A stretch of 20,000 nucleotides of DNA from Protoeuglena noctilucae (taxonomy: Eukaryota), in the NCBI GenBank assembly GCA_958009085.1, contig OY253681.1:976344-996343 (forward strand), read 5' to 3'. The translations under genes were made by a program, and so were the position numbers. The notes below the pieces were generated by a model. That model was not told the DNA's origin. It saw only the letters and a list, made by a program, of their open reading frames with translations, and ran no database searches. Below are positions 11,677-19,803 of the stretch, piece by piece (positions within the stretch are counted from its first letter, which is position 1; the number at the start of each line of letters is the position of its first letter).

Positions 11677-13653
11677 ATGCCAGCCAGCCCGCTGCTCCTT
11701 CGCGTCTGCGTGGCACCCTTGCTCGTGCTCTTTGCCTCTACACTCCTCCAATGCTCGAAGGGCGTCGTTCTCGCGTCGCCGCCTGCGAGCCCCAGTCCAG
11801 CGCATGCGCGGTCTCTCGGCGGAGCGGAGCCCTCGCGGGGCGCCTCGTCCGCGATGAATCCCTCGCGACATGCAGTGATGACAACTTCCAAAGGTACCGA
11901 TCGCGATTCGAGACTCGCGGCCGGCGCGCTGGACAAGTGCTGCTGGTCACTGCGGCATGCGGCGCAGTCAGCCATACCCGTCCCCCGCTCACGGCATGCG
12001 CGACCTCTTCCCCTCGCGCGACCCGCAGAGTGCATGGACGCCATCGCCATGAACCAGATTACCGCTCTCGGAGCCCACAACGCCTACCACTCGCCGCCGA
12101 CCAGCCGCAGCTTTTTGCAGAGAATGCTCCGGCTGTCGGGCCTGCTGGGGCTGTTCGGCTCCGGCGACCGGCTAGAAGCGCAGGGGTTCGCGCGCCGCCT
12201 CAGCCTGGGGTACCCGCGGCTGTCGGACCTCATCAGCCGGCTGGGGATCATCGCTGTGGAGTTGGACGTGTGGAAGGACACCCGGGGTGGGACCTACCAG
12301 TACCAGGCCCTGGTTAAGGCGAGATGCAATGGGGGCGCAGGCATTTCTCGGCCATGCTGGGCTGGCGAGGATGCGCGCAGTGCAGCTAGCCCATGGATCC
12401 ACCCCCGACCCTGCAGCTGCTTAACAACCTGACGCTTCACCCGCTGGCATCGACCGACTCGGGCGCTTCCATGGGCTCTCCCGGCTTTAAGGTCCTCCAC
12501 AGCCCCGACCTGGACTACGGCGTCACGTGCCAGACGCTCGACGCATGCCTCGCAGAGGTGCAGTAGGCAGCCCGGGGGGCCCACCTGCCCCTCTTCGTCT
12601 TCCTGGAGTACAAGCACGCGGACGTGGCGTCCGAGGTGGACCAGGTGGGATGCTTGCGGGAGGGTGCAGTGAACGCGAGCGTGTCGCTTCCCGTTGACCT
12701 GCCTTGTACCGTTCACATCTCCGCAGCTGGCTGGCCTGGGCACGGCGGCCTTCCTGGACCGCCTGCTGAGCCTCCAATCAGACCCTCCCCCACACGGCCT
12801 GGCGCGTGCTGAGGGGGTCGAGGAGGGCGACTGGGCGGCCATCGAGGCGGCGGTGCGGGCGCGGTTCCCCAGGGAGGCAGTGGTGGCACCGGGGGACGTC
12901 GAGATCGACGGCGGGACGGCGTGGTGGCCGCGGCTGGGGCAGGCCCGGGGGAGGGTCGCATTTGTCGGGCAGGGCGCTGCGGCGTCCCAGATCGATGCGC
13001 TGGGTCCCGACCGCATCCTCCACCGGTGCGCAGCGTCATGCGATGTAGTGAATGGCTTGCGTAGATGCGCCGTCACGCGATGTCCCTACCACGGTCGTTG
13101 CCCATGCGCCTGGCATCACCAGGACGCGCTTCCGTGCCCATTCAGGTATTGGGACTTGTGGGACCTGGTGGAGGGGGACGGCAAGCTGCGGGAGGTGTCT
13201 CGTGATACCCTCTTCTTGCAAGCGGAGGCGCGTGACCCGCTCCTGCCCCAGGCGGTGGCGCAGGCGAGGGCGGCCTGGCTTGCAGGCGTGGCGCTGGTCA
13301 CGATGCGTGGGCGACCATCTCCACTGACAAAGTCGCGGCGATTGCAGGGCCGCATCGTCACGGGCATCGGCGCGCTGATGGACGCCCCCGGCGACCTCCC
13401 GGGCGACTCCACAGAGCCGGCCGAGGTCCGCGTGGCCCAGGCCGAGGAGCTGGCGAGGAGGTACGTGGCGGTGGGGGCGCACATCGTCAAGACGGACTAC
13501 GTGGTGCCGCAGGAGGTGCGGGTGGCGGTGGGGTCTCTGATACGGCCGGAGAGGTTCAGCGCCGTCGACCTCGGCGGCGGGGCGGTGGTGCAGTGCAATC
13601 GTGCCGCGCTGGGCGAGGACGTGTTCCAGCAGGGGCGCTGCGCGGCTCCCTGA
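11677..13653 (+). pseudogene. Bacterial-type Ca2+-dependent PI-PLC-like (PLC-like phosphodiesterase TIM barrel) gene with N-terminal hydrophobic signal and an in-frame TAG at 12564-12566; exons 11677-11893, 12029-12318, 12417-12644, 12727-13025, 13146-13263, 13348-13653
   Basis: Motifs NQITALGAHNAYH, VELDVW, PGFKVLHSPDLDY..TC, HLPLFVFLEYK, WPRLGQARGRVAF and GAHIVKTDY resemble the bacterial PI-PLC-C1-type family. The stop lies in CLAEVQ*AARGAHLP. Pseudogene status is unproven. Confidence 0.7.
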
Positions 13654-13926
13654 CCCGTCTGAGCGCATGGCGCTAGGTATTCCGCCGGAGAGCATTGAAG
13701 GCGGGGTCGATGTGCCTGAACTGTGGCACAAGGCGGTGTGGCAAAACGTGATGCGTGCTGGCTGGGCTGTAGCCGAGCATCAGCGGCGAGGCAGGCCACA
13801 GTGCAGCAGCGAAGGAGCCTCCATGATGCTCCTGCCTCGCGGCATCTGTTGTTCGCGGGCAGCGTGGGGGACGCCCCAGCTTGCAGCGTCACAGGCAGAA
13901 AGGTTTGGCGAGTGATTTGCGATTGC

Positions 13927-16401
13927 ATGGAGACCCTCGACTTTGTGCAGTGGAAAGCAACCATGGCAGACCTGGAGCGGATCGCGGCCGACCTGGTGCG
14001 AGCTCAGCTGGGGCGCATACGTGGGGAAAGCGGCTCCCCTGCCCAGCGCGACGAAGCTCGCTGCTCGTCCGTTGACCCACGTTCGTTTATTGAACGAACA
14101 TCGCGTTTTCTGCCTGCAGCTGGCCCGACTCGCGGCCCGCAACGCCGCGCAGCAGGCGCTGCGCCCGGTGGTGACGAGCTACCAGTCGCTGCTGCGCGAG
14201 TGCGTGGCTTTGGGAGGTGACCTCGCTCGTGAGCGACAGGCGGGCGCCCAGCTGCGAGATGAGCTGAGGACCGCGCGGCAGCACGCGGCCAGCGCCTCCG
14301 AGGCGGCCAAGGCGAGCAGAGCGCTGCGTCTGCCACTCACGGGCTGCTCGCTATGCAGCGATGCTGTGTGAGAAGGTGAGCCTGGATGTCGTCCGTCTCT
14401 CGCAGAGCTCGCCCCGCATCCAGGAGCTGGAGGGCCGCCTGTCGGCGTTGCAGGCGGACCTGGTCGCTGCGTACCGTGACAAGAGTCGCCAGGCCGAGGA
14501 TCTGCTGGCAGCGCGGGCAGAGAGAGATGCCCTGACGACGCAGCTGAGGTGGGGGAATCACTTATGTGCCGTTGGCGGCGACGCAGGCGGGCGCTGCAGG
14601 TGAGGTGCTGTCACGATGGCATCCGTGGCTCGCCTCTGCCCCCAGGCAGCGGGTGGAGGAGCTGGCCGCGTGCCGCCGGGAGATGGCCGACCTGGAGGTG
14701 CGTGTGTCGGACGCGGAGGAGGTGGCGGAGAGCGAGAGGGACGCGCGGATGGCCGCGGGGGGGGAGCTCGAGGCGCGGCTGCGGGAGCGGGAGCGCGCGG
14801 AGGCGGAGGCGGAGGCGCTGCGTCGGGAGAACGGCGACCTGGTGTCGCGGGTGGTGGTGGTCAAGCAGGAGCTGGCGGACAAGATGAACGAGCTGATGGA
14901 GAGGGAGCAGGTGGGGGCGGTGGGTGAGACGGGTGCGGTTTTTGGGAGATGCAGTTGAGGTCATATGCACTACTCTTTTGCTTCTCTTTTGCTTCCACCA
15001 TTCAGAACCTCGCCCGTCGTTGGGAGGAGCTGGAGCGCGAGCGGGCGCTGTGGAAGGAGGCGACGGAGAAGGGCGTGGGTGCGGTGCTGCTGGGGGACGA
15101 GGACACGCGCACGCACCGGGTGCCGGAGAAGCGCGTGCTGCACTTCACGGCCCACGAGGGGGGATGCGGGGACGTCGAGTTCAGCGCCACGGGCGCAGCG
15201 CTGGCCACTGGCGGCCACGACCGGCTGGTCAAGGTCTGGGACGCGACCACGGGGGCTAACCGACTGGTGCTGACGGGCGAGTGGCTGCGGAAAGAGGGCG
15301 GGCTGGCTGCGGGTGCGCATGGGCGGCTGGCGAGCGACCGGGGGCCTCGCTCTGCCATCCATCCGCAGGCCTCACGGGGAGCGTGCTGGGCGTGGCGTGG
15401 ACGCCGGACGACCGCCTGGTGCTGGGATGCAGCGCGGACCGCAGCGTCAAGGTGTATGACGGCCTGTCGGGGCGGGAGGTGCACACCCTCACGGGGCACA
15501 AGGACAAGGTCACGCACGTGGGGTGACGGCCGGCCTGCCTGTCGGTGATGGCCAAGCATGTAATGCTGACCATTAGTCTCGCAGAGCCCGACTGTCATTG
15601 TCGCGTCTCGCCCTTTGCAGGTGCGTCGGTGCAGACGGCACGCGCGCCGTGACGGCCGGAGCTGACCGCTGCATCAAGTTGTGGGATCTGGGGAACGGGT
15701 ACGCGCGGCAGACCTTCCTGTGCCACAGCACGTGCAACGGCGTCGCGGCCGACCTGACCGGGCAGACGATCGTGTCCGGGTGAGGGCTGCGGGGTGTGCG
15801 AGTGTGGTGCTGATGGCTGGCGAGGGGGTGCAGAGAGGCAAGGGGACGCCGATGGGCATCGCGTTGTCGCTCCGCAGGCACTTTGACGGGGCCCTGCGGG
15901 TGTGGGATGCGCGGTCGGGTCGCTCGGAGCGCGAGGTCGAACACTTGCACGGCGCGGGCGTGGCCATCCACGGCGTCTGCGCTGCGCACGTGCAGTCGCT
16001 GGTGGGCAGCGTGGGCAAGGACGGGTCGGTCAAGGCGAGCGAGGGGCGGGGCAGGGGAGGCACTGCGCTTGTGAGCGGCGTCACTGGCGAACAGTGCCTT
16101 GGTCGGTGCCCTGCAGGTGGTGGACCTGCGCATGCTCGACGCCGGCCGCGCCCTGGTCCGCCACGCCGACTTCCGCCTGGGCCTGGGCAACTGCTCCGCG
16201 TGCTTCTCCCCCGACGACGCCTTCGTCGCCTGCGGGTCCCACGGCGGGGCGCTGGTGGCATGGGACGTGGCTAGGGGCGGGGTGGTGGCCGCGCTGGGGG
16301 GCGGCGGGGTGGGGGCACCGCCGTTGCAGGGCGTGTCGTGGAGCAAGCAGGGCCCCGTCGCTGTTGGGGACCGCGCGGGAGGGGTGGCTGTGTGGGCGTA
16401 G
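13927..16401 (+). CDS. ATG16: Autophagy protein ATG16 (N-terminal helix, coiled coil, WD40 propeller); exons 13927-13995, 14120-14311, 14406-14548, 14646-14910, 15006-15276, 15369-15522, 15621-15779, 15878-16034, 16117-16401
   Basis: N-terminal LARLAARNAAQ..VVTSYQSLL, a coiled coil ending ENGDLVSRVVVVKQELADKMNE, then WD repeats (AHEGGC, ATGGHDRLVKVWD, HTLTGHKDKV, ADRCIKLWDL, SGHFDGALRVWD, CFSPDDAFVACGS), ending VAVWA*. Three of eight introns are GC-AG. The start may be ATG 13963 instead. Confidence 0.88.
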
Positions 16402-16894
16402 GCTGCTGCTGGTCGAGTGCATGGCTGGATGTGCTGTTGATGCTCTTGCGCGCGCTGAAGAGGAAGGATTGAGAGCAGCGGTGATGCGATGGCGAGCGCA
16501 TGCGCTTGCGCGTGCATGCATGCGACGGTGCTGGGGTGAGTGGTCGGGGCGGTGGCATGGGAGTGGCTATGCGGTGAGGCGTGTCGACCGTGCGCTGCGC
16601 TGTACAAGCGGGCGGTGGCTAATGTGACAGCTGCTGTGCAGGACATGGGTGGGGTAGGTGCCGCGCATGGCGGACCGTGCGCTGGTCGTGGGATGGCGAG
16701 GCGGGGGGAGGCTGCCAGCGCTGGAGGGCGTCAGAGACGTGCTCTGAGGCTGCACGGAGGGCAGCAGCGTGTGACATGGGCCCTGCTGTATCTGCTGCTG
16801 ACCAGGTGAGGGAGGCTGCGACGCGTGCGTGCGTTGCGAGACCTCGTGGACTGCCGTGGGGCAGTAGGCTGGCTGCGAAATGTGAGGTAGGTGC

Positions 16895-17068
16895 TGACTG
16901 ACTTTCCTTCAACAAGGCTCACAGCTAAGGTCGCTGACCTATCTCTTGCCACTCTCGCCCGGGGCCCTCAAGCAGTGGCTTCAGCTGCTTTGGCAGCGCC
17001 AGGGCCAGCAGCTACCAACATTAGGGAAGGTCGCATCAACGGTGTAGCATACATCACCACCGCCTAGC
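16895..17068 (-). other. Structured 3'-terminal RNA element of retrotransposon copy 1 (multibranch, putative kissing loop)
   Basis: Manual pairing shows helices conserved with copy 2 through compensatory changes. The hairpin loops GGCCCU and AGGGCCC are complementary. Confidence 0.65.
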
Positions 17069-17546
17069 CAAAAAGAGGGCGAGGCCCTGGACCCGGCGAG
17101 CCGGTCAAGGGAGGGGTCCCTTGGGAAGTTACTGAGCAGGGCGAGGGGCCCTGGAGAGGAAAAGCCCCCTGAGGGACTATAAGCACACCCCCCCAGGGGA
17201 GGGGAGGAATGGTGGGGTCATGCAGCGTCAGATACAGACGGGAGAGGGAGCAGGTGCCGCGTGGGATGCGGCACGAGGTGGCTGCAGCGCCACAGCTACT
17301 GCTGCAGCACGGTAAGGATCACAGCAACCGGGGGGGGGGCTGGGTGGGCCCCCCACTCTGAGGGGGCCGACAAGTGGGGGCAGCCTACACGGCGGGCACA
17401 ACGCAGCGCGCCGGCTGTGGTTCACCGGCGGCGGTGGGGGGGGAGAGGTGGGCAGCCGAGGCAGCCTGCCCACCATAGGGGCACCGAGAACTCGCCAGGA
17501 GGCAGAGAAGACCACCTCTCTCTGCGCCTCGGGGCTGGCAGCCCCC

Positions 17547-18535
17547 TCAAGGTGGAGCGCGAGAGTGCAAGCCGATGGGGAAGGGGAGAGCGCACCCCAC
17601 ACTCGGTGCTGGCTCGCGATCCATGCCGAACCACCTCCTCGCCTTCGCGATCTCCTGGACGACGGGTCGGCGCTGAGCGAAGTAGGCACACCGCACCGTC
17701 TTGGCGATGACGCGGCGCACTCGAGTCAGCATCTCGCTCGTGCTCGGGGCCCGGGCGTGCGGCAGTAGGCGCAGGGTCGTGTGGTACAGGACCATCGTGC
17801 CCCACGCCGCCATGGTCCATGCGGACGCGACGATGAGCCAAAGGGTCGGCTGCCAGCCGGGCGGGGTCTGCAGGCCGAGCACGTGGCCGGCCGTGAGCTC
17901 CCCTGCGGGGCCCACCGCCCAGGCTGACAGCGCCCGCCGCGCTTCGGCAAGGCGGGGGCACGTCCACAGGGCGTGGATGCGGTTGTTGCGGGGGGTGGCG
18001 CCGTCTTGCGTGGGGCTGCAGAACCGGCACTCATAAAGGTCCGATTCCTTCCAGGCGTTCCTCCCGCACGTCAGGCCGTTGACGAGAGCCAGCCAGGCCC
18101 TTGAGCGGGCGTGGGGGAGGAGGGGCGCGTAGGCCAGTTGCATCAAGTTGAAGCGGAGGTTGTCAGCCGTGAGGCCGGTGGCGCCCGCGTCTGTCAGGGC
18201 CGTGATCGTGCCATCGAAGGTGGCACGCGGCACGGGGGCCAGCGCGAGGCTGTAGGTGGTCCTGATGGTGAGCACGCCCATGATCTCGGGGCGGCCGTCA
18301 ACGCCGGCGGCGTGCCAGTGCAGCGTGCCGGGGGGGAGTGGTGCCAGCGAGGCGCGGGTCGTGGGGTTGTCGCAGATGACCTCGCGCCAGTCCTGGGGGA
18401 CCGCTGCGCAGATGACCCGGCGCAGGGCCGAGTTCCAAACGGCGGACAGCCAATCCTGCAGGTGCCACGTGGTGGGCCACAGCCGGGGGTCTCGATACTG
18501 CTCCCAGATGGCCTGGGTGCGTTGGATGAAGCTCT
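17547..18535 (-). CDS. Partial retrotransposon ORF2 C-terminal region with zf-RVT (copy 1); 5'-truncated, no native start
   Basis: The frame of ORF 17547..18281 stays open upstream to the junction with copy 2 (SFIQRTQAIWEQYRDPRLWP...GRPEIMGVLTIRTTY...APP*). Confidence 0.75.
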
Positions 18536-18722
18536 TGACTGACTGACTCGCTTCAAAGGGTCCACAGCTTAGGCCTCAGGCCTATTGCTCGCCAGTTCTA
18601 GCCTATGACTAGGGGTCCGGGCCCTGGACCTGGCTTAAGCCGCTTTGGCAGCACAAGGGCCTATGCTACCAACACCCAAGAAGTTCGCATCGGCTGTGTA
18701 GTGTACGTCCGCACAGCCTAGC
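18536..18722 (-). other. Structured 3'-terminal RNA element of retrotransposon copy 2 (same fold plus one extra hairpin)
   Basis: Same helices as copy 1 with different stem sequences and identical loop sequences. An extra CUAGUC-AUA-GGCUAG hairpin lies at 18598-18612. Confidence 0.65.
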
Positions 18723-19775
18723 TTAGAGGTGGAACCCGAGGGAAAAACCACCCGAGGGCGAGGAGGGCAAGCCCCCCTGTGCCGGCGAAGGCGCATGCAA
18801 GAAGCAAGCGCAAGACCCCCAGATACGAGGGCGGGTGCCCGCTAGGCGGGCTCAAAGGGCTGCAGCAAGGCAGCGGGGGCAGCTGCAAGACAGCGGGTAG
18901 GCGGCGCGGCGGCTGCCACTCCCCCCGACTCGCAGGGCCGGGCTGGGGTGGCGGGCTCAGTGGCCCACCGCTTGAGAGCCCTGGTGCATGGGGAGGTGCC
19001 CCTGGGGCGCCGCCCTCTGCACCCTGGGCCCGGCCGCCCCATCATGGCGGCGCTCGGGCACGAAGGCCGATGGGGAAGGGGAGGGGGCGCCCCACGCCCG
19101 GCGCGGGCACACGGTCCATGCTGAACCACTGGCCCGCCTGCTGGATCTCTTGGACGACAACAGCCTGACGCTGGGAGAAGAAGGCGCCCCGCACCGTCGT
19201 GGCGATGGCGCGGCGCACCCGAGTGAGCACCTCGCCCGTGCCCGGGGGCCGGGCGTGGGGCAGCCGGCGCAGGGTGGTGTGGTACAGGACCATCGTGCCC
19301 CATGCCGCCATGGCCCAGGCGGAGGCGACGACGAGCCACAGGGTCGGCGGCCAGTTGGGCGGCGTCTGCATGCCGAGCACGTGGCCGGCCGTGAGCTGCT
19401 CAGAGGGCCCCAATGCCCAGGCTGACAGCGCTCGACGTGCCTCCGTGAGGCGCGGGCAGAGCCACAGGGCGTGGCTGCGAGTGTTGGGGGGGGCCGCGCC
19501 GTCCTCGGCGTGGCTGCAGAACCGGCACTCTTGCAGGTCCGAGTCCCTCCAGGCGGTCGTCCTCCCACACGGCAGCCCGTTGACGAGGACCAGCCAGGCC
19601 CGTGAGCGCGCGTGGGGGAGGAGGGGCGCCTTGAGGAGGCGCTCGAGGTTGGCGCGGAGGGCGTCGGCCGTCGGCTCGGCGGCGCCTGCATCGGACAGGG
19701 CTGCGAGCGTCCCGTCGATGGTTGTGCGCGGCAGTGGGGCCAGCGCGAGGCGGTAGGTCGTCGTGATGGTGAGGG
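18536..19775 (-). mobile_element. 5'-truncated non-LTR retrotransposon, L1/Tx1-like, copy 2 (diverged subfamily), abutting the telomere
   Basis: Tail TGACTGACTGACT on + at 18536-18548, ~500 nt 3' UTR, and an open frame 19773 to stop 19042 (LTITTTYRLALAPLP...RAWLVLVNGLPC..ECRFC..HALWLC...RAPP*) colinear with copy 1. Confidence 0.8.
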
Positions 19776-19803
19776 TTAGGTAGGTCAGGTAGGCAGGTCA
19801 GGG
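19776..19803 (+). repeat. Degenerate proximal telomere-like repeats TTAGG TAGG TCAGG TAGG CAGG TCAGGG
   Basis: Read directly between the element end and the canonical array. Confidence 0.85.

Larger units (their letters stand above)
16895..18535 (-). mobile_element. 5'-truncated non-LTR retrotransposon, L1/Tx1-like, copy 1: ORF2 C-terminus (~18535 to stop 17547), ~650 nt 3' UTR, (AGTC)n tail
   Basis: The open minus-strand frame has RAWLALVNGL..ECRFC..HALWTC (zf-RVT type CCHC) followed by a Trp-rich helix. It is homologous along its length to copy 2. The tail reads TGACTGACT on + at 16895-16903. No RT or endonuclease domain is left in the window. Confidence 0.8.

Noticed and set aside
12564..12566. 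Genome-wide TAG-to-Gln reassignment, as in some ulvophytes
   Set aside because: TAG appears to terminate uL3m (10278-10280) and ATG16 (16399-16401, at the expected WD40 end), and no other modelled exon contains TAG or TAA.
953..13347. Apparent excess of 3n-length introns, many stop-free
   Set aside because: About 13 of 36 are 3n, close to the one-third expected by chance, and high GC explains the lack of stops.
471..16116. GC-AG introns as introner transposons
   Set aside because: I see no shared internal sequence or terminal inverted repeats among them beyond the splice signals.
373..16646. Many long overlapping or antisense ORFs in the track (e.g. 373..1707, 3798..5132, 4100..5395, 15573..16646)
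   Set aside because: They are Arg/Pro/Gly/Ala-rich shadows of real genes, expected at this GC content, with no recognisable motifs.
16402..16884. Small ORFs and GCATGC palindromes downstream of ATG16
   Set aside because: No coding signature; consistent with 3' UTR or spacer.
17021..17026. Single TTAGGG inside the copy 1 3' UTR
   Set aside because: Not conserved in copy 2 (CCCAAG at the equivalent site); one hexamer is expected by chance.
17025..17045. Hammerhead ribozyme in the 3' UTR (sense GAUGCGA)
   Set aside because: Neither copy has CUGAnGA with a correctly placed GAAA, and I could not fit an HDV-like fold by eye either.
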